30,853 bases of DNA, taken from positions 1 through 30,853 of the forward strand of contig JBFXGO010000030.1 in the NCBI GenBank assembly GCA_050239825.1. The letters are read 5' to 3'. The stretch's first letter is position 1. Every line of letters begins with the position of its first letter. Positions 1 through 10,290 of this stretch are shown piece by piece. A program made the translations under genes and the position numbers. A model generated the notes under the pieces. That model made no database searches, was not told where the DNA came from, and saw nothing but the letters and a program-made list of their open reading frames with translations. Source of the stretch: a bacterium (GTDB lineage Bacteria > Hydrothermota > 32-111).

Positions 1-28
1 TTGAATGCGGGAAGAAAAGTGGTATAAT
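1..28 (+). promoter_or_regulatory. sigma70-type promoter (TTGAAT ... TGGTATAAT) upstream of the first CDS
   Basis: TTGAAT at 1-6 and TATAAT at 23-28 with extended -10 TG; same pattern as the promoters at 3217-3245 and 20215-20242. Confidence 0.5.
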
Positions 29-121
29 CATAAAATTGACTAGATGTTGCAAAGCATTTTAAAAGACATCATCGCGAACAATTAGCAGTATTATCTATTT
101 AATAAAATCAAGGTTATAAAA

Positions 122-1366
122 ATGATTAAAAAATCAGAAATCTACAAAGAAATAAAGAGCGAAATTGACAGATTGAGAAGGTCTGAGAGATTTTACAACA
201 GATTCAATGCGCCCACTCTTGCGAGAGGGATAGCGATGATAGAGAGCAGAATTCGTTCGGAAAATATCGATATTGACGAGAAAATAGAACTGATTGTTAA
301 ACTGTTTGACTCTGAGGAGCATTTTGTAAGTAACTGCGATGATTCCGATGGAGACCTCGGAGATGTCTATTGCGAAATCTGCTCTACCTTCTGTCTTATT
401 GTAAAAAACCATAAAGACAGGAAAAAAATACTGCTGTTAATCAAAAAGCTGATTGAAAAAAATAATTATGGACTTCATGATGAATTGCTGAACAGACTGG
501 CAGAATTCATGACAAAAGAAGAAATGAAAGAACTTTATGAATATTTTATGAACCTTGCAATATCTTCTACTGGAGATGATTCTAAAAACGGGTGTGAGAA
601 ATACATACCAATATCAATTGCAGAGTCCTTGCAGGATGCCGAACTATATGAAAAATCAGTGAGGATTTTGAACAATGGAGAATTGAATAATTGTTATTTT
701 CTTAATATCGGGCAGATTCATTTTAGAAATAACAGTTATGATAAGGCAAAAGAGTGGCTATTAACGCTTTTAGATAAGGGCTACAACCAAAAAAATGATA
801 TTTATGAAATACTCCTTGATATTGCGCTTGCCGAGAATGACAAAGAATTGGCAATTGTATATGCAAGAGAGATACTGTTTGATGAGATGTCAAAACAAAA
901 CTATGATTGTTTAGTCAAGCTTATCGGAAAAGAGAGGGAAGATGAGTTGAGAAGAGATTTAATATCGGTAATAGAGAGAGAAATACCTATCAAGGCAACA
1001 AAATTGGAGTTTTTAACGGATATTGATGCTTTAAGCGAGGTGAATAGAATTATCATAACTAAGAACAATAACTTGAAAGGATACAATTATCAACCTCTAA
1101 TAAATTGCGCAATAGAATTGGAGAATAAGGAATATTTTCTGTCGACTTCACTGATTTACAGAGCTTTGATAGACGAACTGCTTGGAAGAGCAATAGCCCG
1201 CTATTATATTTACGCAATAAGGTATATGAAAAAACTTGATGTGTTGTCTGATAAAGTAAATGACTGGATGAACAAACCAAATCATGATGATTATACAAAT
1301 GAGCTGAGAACAAAACATGGAAGAAAGACGGCATTCTGGAAAAAGTATGAAGACAAACTGCATTGA
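122..1366 (+). CDS. DUF6880-like alpha-helical hypothetical protein
   Basis: 414-aa ORF; DDSDGDLGD motif near the N-terminus and C-terminal YxxA...HGRKTAFW resemble DUF6880 proteins as I recall them; TPR-like helical middle. Confidence 0.6.
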   Translation: MIKKSEIYKEIKSEIDRLRRSERFYNRFNAPTLARGIAMIESRIRSENIDIDEKIELIVKLFDSEEHFVSNCDDSDGDLGDVYCEICSTFCLIVKNHKDRKKILLLIKKLIEKNNYGLHDELLNRLAEFMTKEEMKELYEYFMNLAISSTGDDSKNGCEKYIPISIAESLQDAELYEKSVRILNNGELNNCYFLNIGQIHFRNNSYDKAKEWLLTLLDKGYNQKNDIYEILLDIALAENDKELAIVYAREILFDEMSKQNYDCLVKLIGKEREDELRRDLISVIEREIPIKATKLEFLTDIDALSEVNRIIITKNNNLKGYNYQPLINCAIELENKEYFLSTSLIYRALIDELLGRAIARYYIYAIRYMKKLDVLSDKVNDWMNKPNHDDYTNELRTKHGRKTAFWKKYEDKLH

Positions 1367-1593
1367 ATATGGAAGATGATAAGCAAATCAAAGAACTAAA
1401 GATTTGACTGCGAATAAGTGAATATTCGTAAGGGGTCGGCGCTTCTCATTTATCTCATGATATAAATAAAATGAATCAAATGGAATAACGAGAATGATGT
1501 CTGAAAAAATATAAACTTTAGCTTAACAACAAATACAATTTATTAAAATCTTGTGACTTGGCAGGAGAGCCGATATAGCGATGGTGGCGGTCT

Positions 1594-2976
1594 TTAACTT
1601 TTATTCAGGTCTTTAAGCGAAAACAGATGAATGTTTTTAAATTTCTTTTTGTGGCTAATAAGATTGTCCGTGAAACCGGATTTGGAAAACAATGCGTAAT
1701 GCTTTTTTACTTTATCATTTAGCATAAGAAGCTCTGATTTTCTTTTGATTTCATCGAGAATATCAGTGCCCACTTTTTTATTTGACCATTTGCACTCGCA
1801 AAAAACAGCATTTTTCATTTCATTGTCAAAACCTATGAGGTCTATTTCTTCATTCTTGTCCCACCATCCTCCTATCTTTGATAATGGAAACTCAAGCCAA
1901 TTGGAATCAAGCCACTCTTTGCATGCAGTTTCAAAACCAACTGAGGCAATGAGAGGCATCTCCGCCCTTATTTTGGTCAGTATGTGTTTGGTGCGCTGTT
2001 CCTCGATTGCAGAGCGGTTGGGAAGAATGAACCTGAAATAAAACTTCAGAAAATTATCGCTTAGTTCATAAAGAGCTTTGCGGCTTTTTACAGCATTATG
2101 TTCGGTTATGGGAATCTCTTTATTTATCATTCTTAAATTTTCCAATACAGAAAGATATTTATGCAGTATGTTTTTCTGCAAACTGGTTGAGTTTATTATT
2201 TCGCTTGTCTTTCGTTTGCCGTATGCAATGGAACTGAGGATTGAAAGATAAATGTGCGGATCCCTCAGCTCTTCCCTCATAAGGAAGTCAACTTCCCTGT
2301 AAAGATAAGATTCAGGTGCCAAAATATTACGAGAGATATTCTCCTCAAGAGCAAGAGAGGAATCAAATTGCTTTAGGTATCCGGGGTTTCCGCCGAGTAC
2401 GGAATAGAGTTCAATCTGATGCTCAAATGAAATATCTGCAAAGTAGAGCCGCACTTCAGCAAATTTGAATGGATTAAGAAGTATTTGACTTGTTCTACGA
2501 CCGAAAAGCGGAGATTTTTCGCCGAGAACGGAACTTTCCATCATTGACACACTCGAGCCGCAGAGTACAAGTTTAATGGGAAGCTTGGATAAAATTTGCT
2601 CCCAGCCGGACTGAAAGATTGAAGCAGTTGATGGATTAACCTCAATAAGATAAGGAAATTCATCTATTGCCAATACAAAAAGAGATTTCACTTTTTGCTG
2701 AAGATAAATAAAAACCTGATTCCAGTTTGTTAAAGGATGCTCTTGCAAGAGGGAATCGTTGAATTTGTCTGAGAGGATTTGAGATAAAAACTTAAGATTC
2801 TCATGTTCTGTTATCTTTTGCGACAGAAAATATACTCCTTCAACATTCTTTAGCGAATGCTTTATCAGCTCGGTTTTGCCAACGCGTCTCTTGCCGTATA
2901 TGACAATAAATTCAGCCTGCTTTGAGTGATAAGCTTTGAGAAGATGTGTCAATTCTCTTTCTCGATTTATGAACAT
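1594..2976 (-). CDS. archaeal-type ATP-binding protein (ATPase + wHTH + DUF234 PD-(D/E)XK-like C-terminus)
   Basis: MFINREREL start, Walker A YGKRRVGKT, Walker B IDEFPYL, LCGSS, LFGRRT, C-terminal WWDKNEEIDLI...ECKW; SD AAGGAG upstream on the minus strand. Confidence 0.9.
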   Translation of the reverse strand: MFINRERELTHLLKAYHSKQAEFIVIYGKRRVGKTELIKHSLKNVEGVYFLSQKITEHENLKFLSQILSDKFNDSLLQEHPLTNWNQVFIYLQQKVKSLFVLAIDEFPYLIEVNPSTASIFQSGWEQILSKLPIKLVLCGSSVSMMESSVLGEKSPLFGRRTSQILLNPFKFAEVRLYFADISFEHQIELYSVLGGNPGYLKQFDSSLALEENISRNILAPESYLYREVDFLMREELRDPHIYLSILSSIAYGKRKTSEIINSTSLQKNILHKYLSVLENLRMINKEIPITEHNAVKSRKALYELSDNFLKFYFRFILPNRSAIEEQRTKHILTKIRAEMPLIASVGFETACKEWLDSNWLEFPLSKIGGWWDKNEEIDLIGFDNEMKNAVFCECKWSNKKVGTDILDEIKRKSELLMLNDKVKKHYALFSKSGFTDNLISHKKKFKNIHLFSLKDLNKS

Positions 2977-2990
2977 AAATTCTCCTTTTC

Positions 2991-3171
2991 TACTTATAAA
3001 TATATACTTTAAAGTAGAAATGTCAATACAAAATCCATCAAATATGCGGGGGGGGGCGGTGTATCATTTTTATCACGATTTTTCAGGGGTAATGGATATT
3101 TAAGATGCGGATGATTAATCAAGCCGGTAAAATGAAATAACTATCTACTTGTGAGTATATACTCCTAAGTA
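2991..3171. promoter_or_regulatory. two tandem pairs of TACT-N4-AGTA palindromic boxes; the first pair overlaps the ATPase promoter
   Basis: TACTTATAAATA 2991-3002, TACTTTAAAGTA 3005-3016, TACTTGTGAGTA 3146-3157, TACTCCTAAGTA 3160-3171; minus-strand TTGACA at 3021-3026. Confidence 0.5.
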
Positions 3172-3216
3172 TAAAATTTAAAAGCGCTATACTATAATTT
3201 AAACGTAAAGGATATC

Positions 3217-3245
3217 TTGAACGAAAGAAAAGAAGGTGGTATAAT
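3217..3245 (+). promoter_or_regulatory. sigma70 promoter for the TA operon, probably giving a leaderless mRNA
   Basis: TTGAAC-17 bp-TATAAT with extended TG; ATG 3252 lies 6 nt after the -10 box; no SD. Confidence 0.65.
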
Positions 3246-3251
3246 TATTAA

Positions 3252-3524
3252 ATGAAGAAATATGAGGAAATTTATAAGTATTTTGACAGAGTGCTTTTCT
3301 GGGATTATGACAACATAGACATTAAAAAGCATTCGCGTTTTATAATAGAGAGAATCATTGAATATGGGGATTTTAAGGATATTGAGAATTTACAGAAACT
3401 TTATACCAAAAGACAGATAATAGAAACTATCAAGGAAAGCAGAAATATATCGAGAAAAACAGCAAACTATTGGGCAATAAAATACAATTTAGATGAAAGG
3501 GACATAAAGTGTTTGAGAAAGTAA
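3252..3524 (+). CDS. DUF6922-like protein, putative antitoxin
   Basis: LFWDYD...FIIERIIEYGD...LSRK-like/NYW motifs; overlaps the downstream nucleotidyltransferase gene. Confidence 0.75.
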   Translation: MKKYEEIYKYFDRVLFWDYDNIDIKKHSRFIIERIIEYGDFKDIENLQKLYTKRQIIETIKESRNISRKTANYWAIKYNLDERDIKCLRK

Positions 3525-4132
3525 TCTCTCCTTTGACAAGAAAAATGCTGAAAGACAATCCGGACATAGGTAAAGGGTTTTATCTCGCAGGTGGCACAGG
3601 GCTTGCTCTTCAGGTGGGACATAGAAAATCATTCGACCTTGATTTTTTCACAAATAAGGAATTCTATCCTGACAGTATTGTTGATTCTATTAAGCCGGAC
3701 AAAATATTGTATGCAGAAAAAAATACACTGCATCTGATAAAAAGCAGTACAAAATTGACATTTCTCTATTATGGTGAAAGGCTTGTCTTACCTTTGCTTG
3801 ACTGGAATACTCTAAAAATTGCCGATTATAGAGACATAGCCTCGGAGAAAATCAAGACAATTTCGCAGAGAGGATTGAAGAAAGATTTTTATGACGTTTA
3901 TGCGGCTATAAAAGAGGGGCTGACAATAAAGGATTTGTGTAAGCTCTTCAAGAAAAAATTCAATAAAAGCGGTATGAATAATTATCACATAATAAGAAGT
4001 ATCGTTTATTTTAGTGATGCGGAAAACAATTCAGATGTTAAATTGCTTAAAACGGGCGTGGAATGGAAATGGGAAAGAGTTAAAAGCTTTTTTAAGCTTA
4101 ATTACATTGAATTTGAAAAGCATCTGAAATGA
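3509..4132 (+). CDS. AbiEii/AbiGii-family nucleotidyltransferase toxin
   Basis: FYLAGGTGLALQVGHRKSFDLDFF, K..TISQRG.KKDFYD motifs; GTG start overlapping the antitoxin gene. Confidence 0.9.
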   Translation: MFEKVISPLTRKMLKDNPDIGKGFYLAGGTGLALQVGHRKSFDLDFFTNKEFYPDSIVDSIKPDKILYAEKNTLHLIKSSTKLTFLYYGERLVLPLLDWNTLKIADYRDIASEKIKTISQRGLKKDFYDVYAAIKEGLTIKDLCKLFKKKFNKSGMNNYHIIRSIVYFSDAENNSDVKLLKTGVEWKWERVKSFFKLNYIEFEKHLK

Positions 4133-4196
4133 AGAAAGTCGGTTGGTGAAAAGGGAACTTTATCCCAGCTGAATTATAAAGGAGAAAGTCGAGAAA

Positions 4197-7100
4197 ATGT
4201 CAAGATGTCAAGCACCGTCCCCAAAATACACTCTGATAAAGGCGGCGGCAGGGTCGGGGAAGACATACAGGATAGCAAAAGAATATATCAAATATATTTT
4301 AAGTGATCCGAAGCAGATAAAATCAATCCTTGCAATAACATTCACAAACAAAGCCGCCTCTGAGATGAAGGAGAGGATACTCAACTTCTTAAAGGGGCTC
4401 TCGGGCAATGCGCAGATGCTCTCAGAAGACGCGGGACGGGACATTGCTCCTCTAAGAGAATCTCTAATGGAGGAGCTCAACATGAGGGAGGAGGACCTCA
4501 AAGCAAAAGCGACTGAAGCGCTTGACTGCATCCTCTATTCTAAAAAAGGCGGGGGCTACTCTGATTTCTCCGTAATGACAATTGATTCTTTCACAAACTC
4601 CATGACAAAGGCATTCTCATACGAACTTGACATTCCGCCGGAGTATGGAGTGGGGCTGAACATAAAAAACATAATCTCTGAGGCGATAAGCGACATAATA
4701 AGCAGAGCAGGCAAGTCGACAGACGAGGAGAGGAGGATAGGGGAGATACTTCTCGAATACCTTTTGTACAGGACAGAGAGCGGAAAGTCAATTACAATGG
4801 AGAAGGAGATTCAAAAGGTTTCCGAGTCAATAAGGAATCTCGAGAAGAACTTTCCCGACAAGAGAGTTGACATACCTGAAGAGTATAAGAGGAATCTCAA
4901 AGAATCTTTAAAAAAACATGCGGGTGAGAGGGAGAAGAACAAAGAGGCAATACTGAAGCTCTGCAGAGAGATAATAGAAATCGATTTTGAGATTACGAAT
5001 TCAACTGAAATAGATTTTAACAATTATAAATACAAGAAGGGCGGATTTTTATCTCCCGTACTGCAATTCATTAATGACGATTCTGATGAAAACATGCTGA
5101 AATTTGAGACAAGCAAAAGGTTTCACGCCGGTATTGAAAATATTGATGACATCCGCTCCAAAGAATCATCAGCGATGAATACTTCAATGGCGGGCGATAA
5201 ACTTGATGAGATGAGAAAGAAAGGAAAGGAAATAAGGGAATACCTTAAATACAATCTGAAAAGCCACCTGAGAAGCGGAATAATAATGAATTATATCTGC
5301 TCAAATCTAATATATGATTCCGTGAGAGAGTATCTTGATGATTATCAGATTGATAACGAGATTCTCTTTATTGATGAGCTCAACGGCAGGATAAAGTCGC
5401 TCTTCACATCGGGGGAGGAAATACCATTCATTTATTTCAGGATAGGCGAAAATTTCAGAAAATACATGATAGATGAGTTTCAGGACACTTCCGAGATACA
5501 GTGGAACAACCTTAAGCCTCTCATTGACAATGCAGTCGCCTCATCGGACGGAAGCTTCACCGGTGTGGGAGACTTGAAACAGGCGATATACAGGTTCCGC
5601 GGAGGAAGCACCGAGGTTATGCAAAAGACGGAGAAGGATGCGGCGGAGGAGAGTCTCGATTCAAATTACAGGAGCGATAAGAATATAATATCATTCAACA
5701 ATCATGTTTTTGACGGACTGCTTAACGAAAGTGTTCCGGCGACACAATCTCTCAAAGAAATTTACCAAAAGAATGTCACACAGAAGCATAAGGATTATCC
5801 TGTCATTGGTTTTACAAATGACATTGATGGAGGTTACATAGAGATACATCAGACAGAAAATAAAGTAAATCTAAAAGAGCATTCAGAAAAGACGGATTTT
5901 GTCTTTAATAGAGTGAAAAATCTCCTTGAAAGAGGTTACTCACAGTCGGATATAGGCATACTTACGAGGACTACGAAGGAATCAAACGAGATAGCGCGGC
6001 AGATTACCGGAAGAGAAGCGGCAGGCACGGAGATAAATGTGATATCAGCCGATTCACTCTTTATCAGCTTTAATCCCTTTGTGGATTTCATTGTGACTTT
6101 GATAAGAAACTGCAGCGAGAAGGAGGATTCTGCCTCCCTTGCACGGGCTGTTTATATTTGGAAGGAGATAGCAAGGGAGAAAAAATCATTTGATGAGGCG
6201 GAAAGAATTCTTTCTGATACGGCAAAGGTGAATAAATACGGATTGGGCAGGATAGTAAACAAACAGATAAGAGAAAGCATCCTTAGGGCGATGTTTACAA
6301 ACGAAGCATACGAGAAGTTTAGTGAAATGATTGACAAGAGATTAAACAAGTACGGAATATATGAAACGATAGCCCTCATCATCGAAATAATCATAAATCC
6401 TCTGTGCAGGGATTACAGCGACTCTATGGCGCACATATCGCGGCTGAAAGAGGCCGCCTACAAACTCATGAAAGAGGCGAATGCAAAGGATTTCATAGAG
6501 TACTTTGATGAATACGGAGAAGGACTCTGCATTGCATCCCCAGCGAATGAGAATGCAGTGACTATTTCAACGATTCATAAGTCAAAGGGGCTTCAGTACA
6601 AAGCCGTGATAATTCCTTTTGTTGATTGGAATGACGCAAAAGAGATGCATAAGAGCTACCTGATATATGATGACCCTAAAATAGCTGTGCCGTATGGAGT
6701 GATAAAGGATGATGTTACTGATGCTCAAAGTAGTGAGATGACAGGCAAGGCAGCGGAAGAGAAAGCAAAGTCGATTTTTGACACTGCCAACATTCTCTAT
6801 GTGGCTCTCACGAGGGCAAAGCATGAGCTCTTCATAATGACAAAGGCGTTGTCTGAGAATAAGGATGAAAAGAATTCTCTCTCTTCGGCAGACAAGCTTC
6901 TTGGGGAGAGAATCAAAACCCTTGAAAATTATCCTGAGATAAAGCGAAGCTCAGAAGATGGCGCCACTGTAATAAAGATAGGACAAGAGCGAACAAGAGA
7001 AAAGGAGAAGAGAGAGAGAGTTGAAGAGGTTGAAAACAAATTTGACATGCATAATCATGAAGATAATCTTTTCATTGACAGAACAATGCACTGTGTGCTT

Positions 7101-7544
7101 CCTGAAGAGATGGGAAAAGAATTGAAGAGAGTCGGAGGATTGATTTTTCACGAAGTTCTTTCAAAAGTTAAAAGAGCGGAAGACATAGAAAATGCGGTTG
7201 AAGGAGCAATTAAGAGCGGCATTATAAACTCAGGGGAGAGAAAGGATTACATAGCAAGGGTGAGTGAAATAATTGAGCATGATGAATTCAAAGAATTTTT
7301 CGGCGAATTTGACCGGATATATACCGAAAGGGAACTTATCTTCAACAAAAAGGTAATAAGGTCGGACAGAGTGATGATTAAGGGAAACAGGGCAATTGTG
7401 CTTGACTACAAGACGGGAGAAGAAAATAAGAAGGATAAAGAACAGATCGCAAATTATGTAAAGGCATACAGAGAGTTAGGGTATGAGGCGGAAGGATGGC
7501 TCGCCTATACAAATGAAAAAAGAAGGGTGAGGGCAGATGAGTAA
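4197..7544 (+). CDS. addA: UvrD/AddA-like ATP-dependent helicase-nuclease
   Basis: Walker A AAAGSGKT, ITFTNKAA, IDEFQDTS, GDLKQAIYRFRGG, TIHKSKGLQY, YVALTRA, C-terminal RecB-type nuclease RSDRV...LDYKTG. Confidence 0.85.
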   Translation: MSRCQAPSPKYTLIKAAAGSGKTYRIAKEYIKYILSDPKQIKSILAITFTNKAASEMKERILNFLKGLSGNAQMLSEDAGRDIAPLRESLMEELNMREEDLKAKATEALDCILYSKKGGGYSDFSVMTIDSFTNSMTKAFSYELDIPPEYGVGLNIKNIISEAISDIISRAGKSTDEERRIGEILLEYLLYRTESGKSITMEKEIQKVSESIRNLEKNFPDKRVDIPEEYKRNLKESLKKHAGEREKNKEAILKLCREIIEIDFEITNSTEIDFNNYKYKKGGFLSPVLQFINDDSDENMLKFETSKRFHAGIENIDDIRSKESSAMNTSMAGDKLDEMRKKGKEIREYLKYNLKSHLRSGIIMNYICSNLIYDSVREYLDDYQIDNEILFIDELNGRIKSLFTSGEEIPFIYFRIGENFRKYMIDEFQDTSEIQWNNLKPLIDNAVASSDGSFTGVGDLKQAIYRFRGGSTEVMQKTEKDAAEESLDSNYRSDKNIISFNNHVFDGLLNESVPATQSLKEIYQKNVTQKHKDYPVIGFTNDIDGGYIEIHQTENKVNLKEHSEKTDFVFNRVKNLLERGYSQSDIGILTRTTKESNEIARQITGREAAGTEINVISADSLFISFNPFVDFIVTLIRNCSEKEDSASLARAVYIWKEIAREKKSFDEAERILSDTAKVNKYGLGRIVNKQIRESILRAMFTNEAYEKFSEMIDKRLNKYGIYETIALIIEIIINPLCRDYSDSMAHISRLKEAAYKLMKEANAKDFIEYFDEYGEGLCIASPANENAVTISTIHKSKGLQYKAVIIPFVDWNDAKEMHKSYLIYDDPKIAVPYGVIKDDVTDAQSSEMTGKAAEEKAKSIFDTANILYVALTRAKHELFIMTKALSENKDEKNSLSSADKLLGERIKTLENYPEIKRSSEDGATVIKIGQERTREKEKRERVEEVENKFDMHNHEDNLFIDRTMHCVLPEEMGKELKRVGGLIFHEVLSKVKRAEDIENAVEGAIKSGIINSGERKDYIARVSEIIEHDEFKEFFGEFDRIYTERELIFNKKVIRSDRVMIKGNRAIVLDYKTGEENKKDKEQIANYVKAYRELGYEAEGWLAYTNEKRRVRADE

Positions 7545-10290
7545 ATTTATTGACATTCTCTACGACAGGATTAAAGAGTGTGATGCGGAAAAGACAATAA
7601 TAGTATTTCCATCGCAGAGGGCGCTCTCCTATTTCAAAAAGAAATGCGCAGATGAGGGAGGGACGATGCTCCTTCCCGAGCTGATGACAATGGAAAAATT
7701 TGCAGAAAAAGTGAGCGGAATTGAGGAGGAGGATGAACTCTTCATGGCGGCAATTGCCTTTCAGGAATTCCGAAAGAGGGGCAAGGCGGACTTTGCTTCA
7801 TTTCTTCCGATATTCCCGAAGATAATAAATGACTTCAATGATATTGATATGTACCTTAAAGATGCTTCTCTGTTGAATAATATAAAAGAGATTTCAAAGC
7901 TTGAAATCACCGATGCAAAGAGCATAGCGCAAAAGTACTTTGACATGATGTCAATGATGGGCGATATATACAAGCTTCTAAATGAAGAGCTTGAAAAGAG
8001 AGGGAGAGGCTACAGAGGCAGAATATACAGAGAGGCATCAGATAGAGCAAAAGATTACAATGAGTTTGAGAAGATAATATTTGCAGGATTCAACATATTC
8101 ACCCCTTCAGAGATAAAGATGATTGACGCACTGACAGAGGCAGGAAAGGCACAGCTTTTATTCAATATTCCCAAAATACTCTTTGAAAAGAATCACGAAT
8201 CTGCAATTCATATAAGGGAGTATGTGAAGAGATGGAAGGAAGAGAGTGAAATGTTTGACTGTTCGCAGAATTCAAGAATAGCAATATACGGATACTCTCT
8301 GCCCACAGACCAGCCGAATGCCATTGCAAAAGAGGCAGAGGATGGTTCATGCTCTGTGGTACTCTGTGATGAGTCATTGATGCTTCCGGCTGTCAATTGC
8401 ATACCTGAGAGGATAGACAAGATAAATGTGACCATGGGATATCCCCTCTCAATGATGCCTCACTTCTTTTTGTTGAGACGAATGATGGAGACAGAGGATA
8501 GCAGGAGAGGCAGAGATATGGGGAAGATAGAGGTGATCAATCTGATAGAAAGCATGAGAGAAAATTTCTTGTTGGTCAAGGCGGGAGAGGGTATCCTTAA
8601 AATGCTCTATGATGAGAAAAATTTTCTGATTGAAACAGATAGAATCACCGAAAAGGCAGAGGGAGAGGAGAGAGAGCTCCTTGAACTTGCTCTTGAATGG
8701 CATGACAGCAATAATGAACTTCTTGAGCCGTCAAAGATACTTGATAAAATAAAAAGATTCTTTGAAATTGCCGGTATGAAAGGCGAAGATGGAAATAATA
8801 TGGGCAGGAACGGCGAACCGATTATAAAGAGTAGCGCCGCTACGATAATTACAGAGATAAACAAATTGATAACACTCATTGATGAGGGCGGTATAGAGAT
8901 AGAGAGAAAGATGACAAAAGTAGAGTCGGTTCTCTTCGCCCTCCTTTCGGGAAAGAAAATACCATTCTCAGGAGAGCCGATGGTTGATTTTCAGGTTATG
9001 GGTATGCTTGAAACAAGATGTCTTCAGTTTGAAAAAACAATTATCATGTCAGTAAATGAGGGTATGATGCCTAAGGGAAAGAGCTACAATTCATTTATAC
9101 CAAATGACATAAGAAGAGAGGCGGGGCTTCCCGGTTATGAGCTGAATGACAAGCTATTCTCATACTATTTTTACTCACTCCTCCTGAACAGCAAAGAGAG
9201 CATAATAACATACTCGCATTCAAAGAGCGATTCAACGGATGAGAAGAGCAGATTCATTGAGCAGATTCTGTGGGAAAAGAGAAGGGGAGGAATATTTGAA
9301 GGCAGGGAGATTGAGCTGCACTCTCCTGAGTATAATGTTTTATCTCTGTCATCCTTAGAAAAAGTAGAGAAGAGCGAAAATGTAATGAAGCTTCTTGATG
9401 AAGTTGTTTTATCCGCATCTTCGATTTCAAAATTCATGAACTGTCCTGTTGATTTTTATTTTCAAAGTCTGCTTAAAATACCTGAAATGAATGACGAGGA
9501 TGATTTGGGAATGGATGTTGTGGGCACTGCTGTACACAATGCGCTGAATAAATTTTATGCTTCTAAAATAAAAGAGAAAATCAGAAAAGATGAAATGACC
9601 ATTAATACGGATACAATAAAGCAGAGCATAAAAGAATCATTTTCAGAAAAAGGATTTTCGAACATTGAAAGGGGGAAACCATACCTAATGTCAGAGGCAA
9701 CTGCAAGGATGACAGAGAGGTTCCTTGAATGCGACATCAAAAGGATGGATGAACGCGGAAGCTTTATAGTCGGCCTTGAAAAGACTCTTACCGCGGGTTT
9801 CATGTTCGATGGAAGGAAGATTATGCTGAAAGGCACAGTTGACAGAATTGAAAATGAAAAGGAGAGCGGAGCAGTCAGGATAATGGATTACAAAACCGGA
9901 AGCGCAAAAGAAGAAGATGTGAGGATAATTGAGAGGCAGGAGCTTATAAGTGTTGAAAAGTGGCTTAAAGCAGAGAATGACAGATGGTCGAAGATTTTTC
10001 AGCTCTTGTTTTACGGATACCTTATAAGACACGGAACTGATAAAGAGGGCAAAAATGTTGAAGAGGCGAAGGGTAAGAGAATAAAATTAGGAATATATCC
10101 GCTTAGAAATCCCAATAAGGAGCTGATGCTCTGCGTTAAGCCTCCACGCAAAGAAGAAGAGGAATTTTTCTATGACGAAGAAGCTGACAAAGGATTTAGT
10201 GAAATACTTAATGAGATAATAGGATTGATATTCGACAAGTCAAAGGCCTTTGAAAAGAAATCCTCAGACAAACTGTATTGCAAATGGTGA
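7537..10290 (+). CDS. addB: AddB-like inactivated-helicase/PD-(D/E)XK nuclease subunit
   Basis: Overlaps the addA stop; IVFPSQRA, NVTMGYPL, QVMGMLETR, SASSISKFMNCP, GTVDRI...MDYKTG; C-terminus ends at YCKW. Confidence 0.8.
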   Translation: MSKFIDILYDRIKECDAEKTIIVFPSQRALSYFKKKCADEGGTMLLPELMTMEKFAEKVSGIEEEDELFMAAIAFQEFRKRGKADFASFLPIFPKIINDFNDIDMYLKDASLLNNIKEISKLEITDAKSIAQKYFDMMSMMGDIYKLLNEELEKRGRGYRGRIYREASDRAKDYNEFEKIIFAGFNIFTPSEIKMIDALTEAGKAQLLFNIPKILFEKNHESAIHIREYVKRWKEESEMFDCSQNSRIAIYGYSLPTDQPNAIAKEAEDGSCSVVLCDESLMLPAVNCIPERIDKINVTMGYPLSMMPHFFLLRRMMETEDSRRGRDMGKIEVINLIESMRENFLLVKAGEGILKMLYDEKNFLIETDRITEKAEGEERELLELALEWHDSNNELLEPSKILDKIKRFFEIAGMKGEDGNNMGRNGEPIIKSSAATIITEINKLITLIDEGGIEIERKMTKVESVLFALLSGKKIPFSGEPMVDFQVMGMLETRCLQFEKTIIMSVNEGMMPKGKSYNSFIPNDIRREAGLPGYELNDKLFSYYFYSLLLNSKESIITYSHSKSDSTDEKSRFIEQILWEKRRGGIFEGREIELHSPEYNVLSLSSLEKVEKSENVMKLLDEVVLSASSISKFMNCPVDFYFQSLLKIPEMNDEDDLGMDVVGTAVHNALNKFYASKIKEKIRKDEMTINTDTIKQSIKESFSEKGFSNIERGKPYLMSEATARMTERFLECDIKRMDERGSFIVGLEKTLTAGFMFDGRKIMLKGTVDRIENEKESGAVRIMDYKTGSAKEEDVRIIERQELISVEKWLKAENDRWSKIFQLLFYGYLIRHGTDKEGKNVEEAKGKRIKLGIYPLRNPNKELMLCVKPPRKEEEEFFYDEEADKGFSEILNEIIGLIFDKSKAFEKKSSDKLYCKW

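Noticed and set aside
3048..3056. G9 homopolymer as a phase-variation switch
   Set aside because: Intergenic and outside the predicted -35/-10 spacers; no evidence of length variation from one sequence
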